Positions 55,080-63,713 of a stretch of 64,000 nucleotides of DNA are shown here, piece after piece. The position numbers and the translations under genes were made by a program. Positions within the stretch are counted from its first letter, which is position 1. Every line of letters begins with the position of its first letter. The notes under the pieces are model-generated. The model did not search any database and was not told the origin of the DNA. It was given only the letters and a program-made list of their open reading frames with translations. This stretch comes from a virus (Duplodnaviria; Caudoviricetes): IMG/VR virus record IMGVR_UViG_3300037755_000581, positions 2,984-66,983 of that record; one strand, given 5' to 3'.

Positions 55080-55602
55080 AGAACTGGCGAAGTATCTCGA
55101 GCCGTTGACGCAGATCCAACGGATCTACACTGAGTCGCGCCTAAAGGGGATGTCGAAAGTCGCCTCGGCGACCGCGGCCGGCATCACCGCGCCACACAAG
55201 AACGCCGGACGGATCGAAGAGAGCGCAGCCGTGAAGGAAGCCCTCCGCGTAGGTCGCGAGTTGCTCGCGACCGAGATCATGTTCACTCGGAAGAAGGCTC
55301 ACGAGCTCCTGATGGAAGCACACGCCAACTCGGCGACAGCCACCGAGCAGATCTTCGCCATCCGCGAAATGATTAAGTTGCACGGCGTCGCGGCGCCTGA
55401 AGTGAAAGAGCTACGTCACCAAGTCACTGGGAAACTAGAACACGAAGAGGTTAAGCGACTAAGTGACTCCGACCTCTTGCGCCTCGCCCGCCTGCCCGAC
55501 AACAAAATCCCTCAGATACTCGAGGGTGAATTCTCGATAGTGGACAATGGACGATCAGAAGCCCTCGCCGCCCCCAGCACCGACGAAGAAACCGCGCCGT
55601 AA
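55060..55602 (+). CDS. terS: Terminase small subunit
   Basis: Likely TTG start; helical HTH-like N-terminus, AIREMIKLHG; directly upstream of and overlapping terL. Confidence 0.65.
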   Translation: MATQSGKELAKYLEPLTQIQRIYTESRLKGMSKVASATAAGITAPHKNAGRIEESAAVKEALRVGRELLATEIMFTRKKAHELLMEAHANSATATEQIFAIREMIKLHGVAAPEVKELRHQVTGKLEHEEVKRLSDSDLLRLARLPDNKIPQILEGEFSIVDNGRSEALAAPSTDEETAP

Positions 55603-57361
55603 GCTTCGTAAGTACCGCACCGTCGAGGAGCAGGTAGCTGACCGGAAGGCCGCAAAGGGGGCGGCCCGGAAAGCCGCGCGCGAGAGGAAGGCGGCCACGT
55701 ACCACCGCAACTACAACCGCGAGTACGCCCGCAAGAAACGCCGCGGGCTCGGTAAGGAAGAAATAGAGCGTATCCGTACGGAGGGCTTGGCCAAGGCCGC
55801 CGCGACGCGAATCCATACTCAGCAAGAGGCCGCGCAGGCAGAGCTCGCACGCCGCGAGCTCGCACGCCGCTTCCTGTTGCCGTTCATTCACCGCTTCGAC
55901 CATAAGTACCAGGCCGGCTGGTTCCACAAAGAGCTGTGCCTGAATCTCCAACAGTTCCTGCAGGACGTCATCGAGCAGAAGTCGCCCCGCATGATGCTGT
56001 TCGTGCCGCCGCGCCACGGGAAATCGATCACGGTTTCCGAGAAGTTTTCGGCGTGGGCCCACGGCAAGTACCCCGAGCTCGAGTTCATCCAGGCCTCGTA
56101 CGCTGAAACGCTGCAGACGGACTTCAGCAAGAAGATCCAGGAGATCATGACGGATCCGGAGTACCAGCTCCTGTTCCCGGGCGTCACGATCCCGAAGAAC
56201 CACCAGGCCGTCGCGCGTTGGCACATCGCGCTCGACGGCAAGCTCACCGGTGGCGGGCACCTCGCGGCCGGCGTGGGCGGGCCGCTCACCGGCCGCGGCG
56301 CCCACGTCGCCCTCATCGACGACCCCATTAAGAACGCCGAAGAAGCGGACTCCGAGACTATCCGGAATAGCATCTACAGCTGGTACTCGTCGACGTTCCG
56401 CACCCGGCTTGCCCCCGGCGGCGGCATTCTGATCGTGCAGACGCGTTGGCACGACGACGACTTGTCTGGGCGCCTGCTGCGCTACATGACTGATGCCGAG
56501 AAAGAATTCAAGATGGGCAGCGTGTGGCCAGAGGACGCCGATCGCTGGCAGGTGTTCAGCTACCCAGCCGTCGCCACGCACGACGAGAAGTACCGCAAGG
56601 TCGGGCAGGCACTGCACGAAGAGCGGTTCACGCTCAAGATGCTCAACAACACGAAGCGAGCGCTCGAGCCCCGCCACTGGTCGGCGCTGTACCAGCAGAA
56701 CCCGGTTGCAGAGGAGGGGCAGTACTTCACTCGCGAAATGCTGCGTGTCTACCAGACTAAGCACCGCCCGCCGCTCGCGCAGCTCGACATCTACTGCACC
56801 GGCGACTTGGCCATTTCACAGAGGGAGACGGCCGACTGGTCCGTTTTCGTCGTCGCCGGTCTCGACAAGGACGACAACTTGTGGATTCTCGACGTCCGCC
56901 GCGACCGCATGGACACGGACCAGATCATCAACACGATCTTCGACATCCACAAGACGTGGAAGCCGCTGCGTTTCGGCATCGAGAAGGACAAGGTCCTCCA
57001 GGCGATCGGGTCGCAGATCAACCGAAGGATCCAGAAGGACCGAGTCTACGGCCTCATCATCGAAGAGCTCCAGCCGCTCCGCGACAAGCGCACCCGCGCG
57101 CGTCCGCTCCAGGGCCGCATGAAGCAGGGCAAGGTGCTGATCCCTGCCGAGGCGCTCTGGATCGAGCAGTGGCAGAACGAGTTCCTGCGTTTCGACCACG
57201 GCGTGAACGACGACTGCGTCGACGCCGGCGCGTGGCTTGCGCAGATGCTTAAAGACGTGACGTTCCGCCTGCGTAAGAAGGACCGCAAGAAGAAGAGCTG
57301 GAAGACGAAGCTCAAGGCCCACATCACCAACCGCCGCGGCGGCTCAGCAATGGCTGCGTAA
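55547..57361 (+). CDS. terL: Terminase large subunit
   Basis: PPRHGKS Walker A, LIDDP Walker B, VQTRW, GDLA, HGVNDDCVDA nuclease motif. Confidence 0.92.
   Translation: MDDQKPSPPPAPTKKPRRKLRKYRTVEEQVADRKAAKGAARKAARERKAATYHRNYNREYARKKRRGLGKEEIERIRTEGLAKAAATRIHTQQEAAQAELARRELARRFLLPFIHRFDHKYQAGWFHKELCLNLQQFLQDVIEQKSPRMMLFVPPRHGKSITVSEKFSAWAHGKYPELEFIQASYAETLQTDFSKKIQEIMTDPEYQLLFPGVTIPKNHQAVARWHIALDGKLTGGGHLAAGVGGPLTGRGAHVALIDDPIKNAEEADSETIRNSIYSWYSSTFRTRLAPGGGILIVQTRWHDDDLSGRLLRYMTDAEKEFKMGSVWPEDADRWQVFSYPAVATHDEKYRKVGQALHEERFTLKMLNNTKRALEPRHWSALYQQNPVAEEGQYFTREMLRVYQTKHRPPLAQLDIYCTGDLAISQRETADWSVFVVAGLDKDDNLWILDVRRDRMDTDQIINTIFDIHKTWKPLRFGIEKDKVLQAIGSQINRRIQKDRVYGLIIEELQPLRDKRTRARPLQGRMKQGKVLIPAEALWIEQWQNEFLRFDHGVNDDCVDAGAWLAQMLKDVTFRLRKKDRKKKSWKTKLKAHITNRRGGSAMAA
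55841..55870 (+). repeat. Perfect 15-bp tandem duplication in terL (ELARRELARR)
   Basis: GAGCTCGCACGCCGC twice. Confidence 0.85.
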
Positions 57362-57482
57362 AGCATGTACGAATATACAGTAGTTGTGGTATTCTCCGCC
57401 CTGCTCGGTCCCCGCGGAGGCCGAGCCATTTCGTGCAGTCCGTGTAAACCCGGCACATCGCTCCCCCAAAAGGTTTACACGC

Positions 57483-59759
57483 GTGGCTGACGCCTTCATC
57501 GCTCGTTTGTACGCGGACGATCGCGCCCGCTTCGGCGGCGAGAAATCATCCGACCCCACTCCGAAATCCAAGCTCCCGAAAGAGGACAAGGACCGGCGGG
57601 CGGCGAAGGAAAACTTCGACGCCTACGTCCGCTCTCGTGATTCAGGACATCTGGACTGGGTGAAGATGGCACGCAAGTGCGATGCCTACTACAGCGGCGA
57701 CCAGTGGGAACAGTCCGTCGCGTCTGACCTCGACTCGCAGAATCGCCCGCACCTGACCATCAACCAGGTCAAGTCGACGATCAACAGCATCAAAGGCGAG
57801 TACATAAAGAGCCAGCAGGAGATTTCGTTCCAGCCGCGCGGCAAAGGCGCGACGACCGAAGTCGCCGCGGCGCTCTCGAACGTCATCAAGCAGATACAGT
57901 ACAACAACAAAAGCCGGTGGAACGAGACGACTGTCCTCGAGGACGGCCTGATCGAGGACCGCGGCTATTTTGATATCCGCATCGACTTCGAAGATTCCAT
58001 CTTTGGAGAAATCCGAGAGGTCGTACGCGACCCCCGGGACGTGCTGCTTGACCCCGGCGCCAAGGAGTACGACCCGGCGACATGGAAGGAGGTGATCACA
58101 ACCCGGTGGCTCACGCCGGACGAGATCGAAGCTATGTGGGGGCGCGAGAAAGCAGATCAGCTCCGCAACCGCGAATTCCATACCCGTTTCGGGCACGACT
58201 CCGTCCAGTTCGACGTCCCGACGCAGACGTTCGGCGGCCTCGACACCGTCGGCCAATTCGTGCCCGACACGCACGAGGACTCCCTAACAGTCGCCCGCGT
58301 TCGCATCATCGAACGACAACATAGACGCCTCACGCGGTGTAAATACTTCGTCGACCCCGTCGAGGGCGACATGCGCGAGTGCCCCGAGAATTGGGAAGAT
58401 GAGAGGTGCGCCGGTCACGCCGCGAAGTTCGGCCTCGACGTGCTCGAGCGGCCGTCGCTGAAGATCCGTTGGACGGTCAGTGCGGACGACGTGCTGCTTG
58501 AAGACGACTGGAGCATGTACCGCCGCTTTACTATCATTCCGTACTTCCCGTACTTCCGCCGCGGCAAGCCGACGGGCCTCGTCCGCGATTTGCTATCGCC
58601 ACAGGACATGCTGAACAAGATCAGCTCGCAGGAGCTTCACGTCGTGAACACGACGGCGAATTCGGGCTGGGTGTTCGAGTCGGGCTCGCTCGTGAACATG
58701 GACGCCGACGACTTAGAGCAAGTCGGCGCGAAGACCGGCCTCGTGCTCGAGTACATGAAGGGCTCGACCCCGCCGGAGAAGATCCTCCCGAACCAGGTGC
58801 CGACCGGGCTTTCGAACATCGCCACGAAAGCACAAATCTATTTCAGACAGGTCTCGGGTATCCCCGAGACGTTCATGGGGCAGGCGTCCCGCGAAGTGTC
58901 CGGCGTTACCATCAAGGAACAGAACCAGGCCGCTACGACCCCGATGGAGGTCGTGTTCGATAACCTCGCGAAGACGCGCCAGTACCGCGCGGACTTCATG
59001 CTCGAGCTCATCCAGGCCTGGTACACCGAGACCCGGCTGATCCAGGTGACGGAGCTCGACACCGACGGGCGGCAGCAGACGAACGAGGTCACCGTCAACC
59101 AAGTCGAAGAGACTTTCGACCCGAACACCCAGGAGACAGTCGAGAGCCAGGTGCTCAACGACCTTACCCTCGGCGAATACACTGTTGTCGTGGCGTCCGT
59201 CCCGCACGCCGAGACGATGCAGGACACGATCTTCTCGCAGGTCCTCCAGATGCGCGAGGCCGGCGTCGCGATTCCCGACTTCGTGCTGATCGAGAACTCA
59301 CGCTTGCCGAACCGCAACGAAGTCGCGGAGCTCATGAAGAAGATTCAGGGCATGGCGGAGCCGACTCCGGAAGAGGTCGAGCGCCAGCAGATGATGGAGA
59401 TGCTGCAGTTGCAGTCGATGCAGGCGACCGTTCGTGGGCTCATGGCCAAGGCCACCCTCGACGAGGCGCAGGCGCAGAAGTTCCTCGCCGAGGCCGAGGC
59501 GGCCATGCAGGGTCCGCTGCTCGAAATGCAAGCCCGGGGCGCAGAGCTGCGCGTGCAGATGGAAGCCCAGGACAAGGAGCTCCAGACCAAGATCGCGGAG
59601 CTGCAGACCCGCATCGCGATCTCGCGCGAGAAGAACGACGCCGCGCGGTTCGCTGTTCAAGTAGAAACACTCGGCAAGCGCACCGCCGCTGCTTTGAAGT
59701 ACGACTCTGATTTACGAAAGATATCCAAAATGAGTTCAAAGGGCAGTGGCAAAAAATAA
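57483..59759 (+). CDS. Portal protein (P22-like podovirus type)
   Basis: Likely GTG start at 57483; YYSGDQW, RPHLTINQ, GRGYF-like DRGYF, GLVRDLLSPQ..LN, coiled-coil C-terminal barrel. Confidence 0.85.
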   Translation: MADAFIARLYADDRARFGGEKSSDPTPKSKLPKEDKDRRAAKENFDAYVRSRDSGHLDWVKMARKCDAYYSGDQWEQSVASDLDSQNRPHLTINQVKSTINSIKGEYIKSQQEISFQPRGKGATTEVAAALSNVIKQIQYNNKSRWNETTVLEDGLIEDRGYFDIRIDFEDSIFGEIREVVRDPRDVLLDPGAKEYDPATWKEVITTRWLTPDEIEAMWGREKADQLRNREFHTRFGHDSVQFDVPTQTFGGLDTVGQFVPDTHEDSLTVARVRIIERQHRRLTRCKYFVDPVEGDMRECPENWEDERCAGHAAKFGLDVLERPSLKIRWTVSADDVLLEDDWSMYRRFTIIPYFPYFRRGKPTGLVRDLLSPQDMLNKISSQELHVVNTTANSGWVFESGSLVNMDADDLEQVGAKTGLVLEYMKGSTPPEKILPNQVPTGLSNIATKAQIYFRQVSGIPETFMGQASREVSGVTIKEQNQAATTPMEVVFDNLAKTRQYRADFMLELIQAWYTETRLIQVTELDTDGRQQTNEVTVNQVEETFDPNTQETVESQVLNDLTLGEYTVVVASVPHAETMQDTIFSQVLQMREAGVAIPDFVLIENSRLPNRNEVAELMKKIQGMAEPTPEEVERQQMMEMLQLQSMQATVRGLMAKATLDEAQAQKFLAEAEAAMQGPLLEMQARGAELRVQMEAQDKELQTKIAELQTRIAISREKNDAARFAVQVETLGKRTAAALKYDSDLRKISKMSSKGSGKK

Positions 59760-60243
59760 GAGCAACACCGTGCCCGCGAAACGAGAGTACAGCCGCAAGT
59801 ACAGTCGCAAGTACTACGTGGCCAACCGGGACAAAGCACTGGCCGCTTCTCGCCGCTGGCGGGAAGCCAACCCCGAGCGGCAACGCGCTGCGGTCCGCAA
59901 GTGGGATAAGGCCAACCCAGAAAAGAAGCGCGCCGCGGCCCGCCGCTGGCGAGGGCTACCGGAACCCACACGCCCGTGCCCCGAACTATGCGAGTGCTGC
60001 AACCGCGCCCCGGCTACTCATTTGGACCACGACCACACGACGGGCGAATTCCGCGGGTGGCTCTGTAACTCCTGTAACCTGGCAATCGGGAGACTAGGCG
60101 ATACCGTAACCGGTGTAAGGCAAGCACTGGACTACGTGGTACGTAATACCCCAGCTGTTTTTTGCCAAAATGAGCAAGAATCCGAAGAGCTAGTGATAGA
60201 CTTCACGTTCGCTATGGACTCGCTGGCCTTACCAGCGCCGTAA
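59746..60243 (+). CDS. Endonuclease VII-family HNH endonuclease
   Basis: CECC...LDHDHTTGEFRGWLCNSCN; lacks the N-terminal PCxxGH domain. Confidence 0.8.
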   Translation: MAKNKSNTVPAKREYSRKYSRKYYVANRDKALAASRRWREANPERQRAAVRKWDKANPEKKRAAARRWRGLPEPTRPCPELCECCNRAPATHLDHDHTTGEFRGWLCNSCNLAIGRLGDTVTGVRQALDYVVRNTPAVFCQNEQESEELVIDFTFAMDSLALPAP

Positions 60244-60283
60244 TTAAAAACCCGCCCCAAGGGCGTAAAACGAAAGGACTCAA

Positions 60284-61438
60284 ATGCCCCCCGCCAAGGA
60301 CGACGGCGACGCCAATCTAGGCGCCGCGCTTTCCGGTGACGTTTCACTCGCCGGTTCCACCAAAGAACAAATTACTGCCATGGGCGGAGAAGTCGACGAC
60401 GAGCTCGACAGCTTCAAATCCACGCCCGCGGATCGCGGCGACTCCGTCGATCCTCCGGCTGCTAAGGCCGCGGAAGACGAAGAGGATCCCGCCAAGAAAG
60501 ACGCCAAAGACGAAGACAAGGAAGAGCCTGAGGCCAAGGAAGGCGAGGGCGAGGAAGACAAAGAGGATCCGGCCAAGAAAGCGGCCAAGGCCGACGACAA
60601 GGAAGATCCCGAGGCCAAGGAAGGCGAGGGCGAGGAAGACGAAGAGGATTCGGACAAGAAAGACGCCAAAGACGAAGACAAGGCCGCCAAGAAGCCGGCC
60701 AAGGGTGACGAGCCCCGCATCCCCAAGTCCCGCTTCGACGAGGTCAACGCCCGCCGCAAGGCCGCGGAAGACGAGCTCGCCCAGCTGAAAGCGAACGCTA
60801 AGGCGAAGGACGAGGGCACCGAGAAGAAGTTCGACTTCAAGAAAGCCGAGCGCGAATACCTCGAGCTTGCGCTCGACGGCAAGATCGACCTCGCGATGGC
60901 TAAGCGCGAAGAGATCGATTCCGCGAAGGAAGCGGTTTGGGAGTCCAAACAGGCGGAGAGCGCCAAGTCCACCGTCGCCGAGAGCGACGTTCAGAAGGAA
61001 CTGAAGGCGCTCGTGGCAAAGTTCGAAGGCGAGTACGACGCCTTGGACTCCAAGCACGAGGACTTCTCCGAAGACCTGGCCGACGAGGTGCAGTCGATGT
61101 TCCTCGGCTATCTGGAGAACCGGAGGGATCTAACAACCGGCGAGGCCTTCAAGCTAGCTGTCGGCAACGTCGTTAAGATCTACGAGCTCGAGAAGCGCGG
61201 CACTACGTCGCCCGGCGAAGTCGTCGACGAGGAAAAGAATAACGTCCGGCTCAAAGACAAGAAGGACGTCAAGAAGAAAGTCGAAGCTGCCAAGAAGGCC
61301 CCAAAGGACCCCGCCGGCGCCGGCGTCTCGGGCGCCGACAAGGGCGAGGCAGCGATCGACATCGAGCAGATGACGGACGACGAGTTCAACGCCCTCCCCG
61401 AGAGCACGAAGGCGCGCATGCGCGGCGACACGCTCTAG
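60284..61438 (+). CDS. Scaffolding protein
   Basis: Highly acidic/Lys-rich; IPKSRFDEVN..RK motif; between portal and capsid genes. Confidence 0.75.
   Translation: MPPAKDDGDANLGAALSGDVSLAGSTKEQITAMGGEVDDELDSFKSTPADRGDSVDPPAAKAAEDEEDPAKKDAKDEDKEEPEAKEGEGEEDKEDPAKKAAKADDKEDPEAKEGEGEEDEEDSDKKDAKDEDKAAKKPAKGDEPRIPKSRFDEVNARRKAAEDELAQLKANAKAKDEGTEKKFDFKKAEREYLELALDGKIDLAMAKREEIDSAKEAVWESKQAESAKSTVAESDVQKELKALVAKFEGEYDALDSKHEDFSEDLADEVQSMFLGYLENRRDLTTGEAFKLAVGNVVKIYELEKRGTTSPGEVVDEEKNNVRLKDKKDVKKKVEAAKKAPKDPAGAGVSGADKGEAAIDIEQMTDDEFNALPESTKARMRGDTL
60530..60640 (+). repeat. 27-codon duplication within the scaffold gene
   Basis: Identical 30-mer at 60530-59 and 60611-40. Confidence 0.85.
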
Positions 61439-61902
61439 TGATCCCCGCGACTAAGCAGGAAGCCCTGCGAACAGGGGCGACTCGCTACTTGGGTCGCCCC
61501 TGTAAACAGGGGCATTCCGGGGTCAAGTATACGAACGGAAGCAGCTGCGTCGAATGCCTAAAACTCAGAAACCGCGGCTGGAAGGCCCGCAACCCCGGTA
61601 AGGTGAAACAGAGCAACCGCCGCGCTGGTTGGACCAGGGCAGGACTGCCTGTCCCGACGAGGCCGGAGCCCAAGGCTTGCGAGCTTTGCGGCCGCCCGCC
61701 GAACAGCCACGGGGTACTACACCTGGACCACGACCACAAAACTGGCAAGTTTCGCGGCTGGCTATGCCACAGCTGTAATGTCGGACTCGGCCACTTTCGC
61801 GACGACGTAACACTGCTCGAGTCGGCCGCCCACCCGGTATCTGTGCGCAATCCATTGACAGATCTGCGGCACTGTGCAAACATCCAGTATCGTCACGGCT
61901 AG
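61438..61902 (+). CDS. Endonuclease VII-family HNH endonuclease
   Basis: RYLGRPCKQGH...CELC...LDHDHKTGKFRGWLCHSCN. Confidence 0.8.
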   Translation: MIPATKQEALRTGATRYLGRPCKQGHSGVKYTNGSSCVECLKLRNRGWKARNPGKVKQSNRRAGWTRAGLPVPTRPEPKACELCGRPPNSHGVLHLDHDHKTGKFRGWLCHSCNVGLGHFRDDVTLLESAAHPVSVRNPLTDLRHCANIQYRHG

Positions 61903-62022
61903 ACGAAAACACAGCCCGGGGTCAGCCCCGTACACAGCTGCTCATCGCACGCCTGCGCGTAACTAGGGCAAAGAAGTGGACCCCTTCGGGGGCAACAACC
62001 TAGTTCACCGCAGGAGCCCAAA

Positions 62023-63132
62023 GTGGCCAAGACGAACTTTAATTTACTTACGGACGACCAGAAAACCGTCTGGTCGCGAGATATCTGGAAGCAAGCGAGG
62101 AATTTCGCGTTCGTTTCCAAGTTCGCGGGCAAGGGCCCGAACTCTATGATTCAGCGCATCACCGAGCTCACCAAGAGTGAGAAGGGTACGCGCGCGGTTA
62201 TCACACTGGTTGCCGACCTCGAAGAGGACGGCGTCGCCGGTGACGACCAGCTGGAAGGTAACGAGGAAGCGATCCGCGCGTATGACCAGGTCATCCGCAT
62301 CGACCAGCTTCGTCAGGCCAACCGGCACAAGGGTCGCCTCGCCGACCAGAAGTCGGTGGTCAACTTCCGCGAGCAATCGCGCGACGTGTTGGGCTACTGG
62401 CTCGCCGATCGGCTCGACCAGCTCGGTTTCTTGACGGCCTCGGGTGTTGCGTACACCGAGAAGACGAACGGCCAGAACCGCACGGACAGCAACCTCGCTG
62501 CCCTCGAGTTCGCCGACGACGTCACCGCTCCTTCCACGAATCGCCACTTCCGTTGGGACGCCACGACTGGCTTGGAAGCCGGCTCGACGTCCGCCGTCGC
62601 CGCCGACGACACGCCCACCTGGGCGATGCTCGTCGAAGCGAAGGCCCGCGCGAAGGAACTCTTCATCCGGGGCATCAAGGGCCCGGGCGGCATGGAGTTC
62701 TACCACGTGTTCATGACGCCGCGCGGCATGGCCAAGCTGCGCCAGGACGCGGACTACCTCGCCAACGTGCGTAACGCCGGTGTGCGCGGCTCGAGCAACG
62801 AGCTCTTCAAGGGCACGGACACCGTCATGGTCGACGGCCTGTTCATCCACGAGTACCGCCACGTGTACAACACGCTCGGCGCTACGTCCGGTACGGACAA
62901 GTGGGGCGCGGGTGAGACGATCGACGGTCAGCGCGTACTGTTCTGCGGCGCGCAGGCGCTCGGCATGGCCGACATCGGCGCTCCGGAGTATGTCGAGAAG
63001 GGCTTCGACTACGACAACCAGCAAGGTATCTCGGTCGGCAAGATCTTCGGCTTCAAGAAGCCCGTCTTCCGCGCCGTGACGACCGCGACGGACGAAGACC
63101 ACGGTCTACTCGTCCTCGACACGGCCATCTAA
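62023..63132 (+). CDS. Major capsid protein (N4-gp56/DUF4043 type)
   Basis: KTVWSRDIW...IQRITELTKSEKG...GVAGD..LEGNEE...FCGAQAL...FDYDN. Confidence 0.85.
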   Translation: MAKTNFNLLTDDQKTVWSRDIWKQARNFAFVSKFAGKGPNSMIQRITELTKSEKGTRAVITLVADLEEDGVAGDDQLEGNEEAIRAYDQVIRIDQLRQANRHKGRLADQKSVVNFREQSRDVLGYWLADRLDQLGFLTASGVAYTEKTNGQNRTDSNLAALEFADDVTAPSTNRHFRWDATTGLEAGSTSAVAADDTPTWAMLVEAKARAKELFIRGIKGPGGMEFYHVFMTPRGMAKLRQDADYLANVRNAGVRGSSNELFKGTDTVMVDGLFIHEYRHVYNTLGATSGTDKWGAGETIDGQRVLFCGAQALGMADIGAPEYVEKGFDYDNQQGISVGKIFGFKKPVFRAVTTATDEDHGLLVLDTAI

Positions 63133-63147
63133 GGGAGCCACACCAAC

Positions 63148-63600
63148 ATGCTCGACTCAACTGCAAATTACTCCGGCCGCCAGTACGAACTTTGCGCCGT
63201 CATCGATTTCGACTTCTCGACGTTCGTCGAAGACGAGGTCACGCAAGTGTTCGCCCTTCCGTCCGGCGCGGTGATCACGGCCGTCGTGCTCCAGGTCCGA
63301 ACGGCCTGGGACAACACGACCCCGACGTTCAACGTGGGGCGCTATATCGCGTCGCCGACGGATCCGGATGACTTTATCGATGGCGTGGCGCTCGGCACAG
63401 GCGACGAGACCTTCCAGGTCAGCGTCTATGACGCGGCCACGGAAGCGGCGATGGACGCCGGCGACGTCAACCACGTCGACGTCCCGAACGACTCGATCGC
63501 GGTGCTTTACGCCGCCGCGTCAGGCGCGGCCACGGCCGGAGCAGCCACGCTTCTCGTGAAGTACGTGGTTCGCGGGCGCGACCAGGAAAACCAGGGCTAA
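63148..63600 (+). CDS. Capsid decoration/cement protein
   Basis: FALPSGAVITAVVLQVRTAW jelly-roll pattern, directly after the major capsid gene. Confidence 0.65.
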   Translation: MLDSTANYSGRQYELCAVIDFDFSTFVEDEVTQVFALPSGAVITAVVLQVRTAWDNTTPTFNVGRYIASPTDPDDFIDGVALGTGDETFQVSVYDAATEAAMDAGDVNHVDVPNDSIAVLYAAASGAATAGAATLLVKYVVRGRDQENQG

Positions 63601-63617
63601 TTTCGGTGGTAGGCCTC

Positions 63618-63650
63618 AGCGGCTCCTCTTCGGGGGAGCCGCTTTTCTAT
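63618..63650 (+). terminator. Rho-independent terminator
   Basis: AGCGGCTCCTC TTCG GGGGAGCCGCT TTTCTATT. Confidence 0.8.
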
Positions 63651-63713
63651 TTGACCGCCGAGCGAGGTCAACGCGTTGACCCGACTCTCCCATAACAACA
63701 AAGGAATCCTACC

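Noticed and set aside
55451-56764. Long antisense ORFs (also 5864-6964, 38110-39111, 56816-57322, 60344-61057, 62044-63102 and others)
   Set aside because: Shadow frames of GC3-rich genes; no ribosome-binding sites or motifs, and compositions mirror the sense codons.
59746-61902. Introns housing the Endo VII genes
   Set aside because: Portal, scaffold and capsid ORFs appear complete, and the nucleases abut their stop codons directly.
63090-63150. Programmed frameshift extending the major capsid protein
   Set aside because: No slippery heptamer near the stop; the next gene has its own GGGAG ribosome-binding site.
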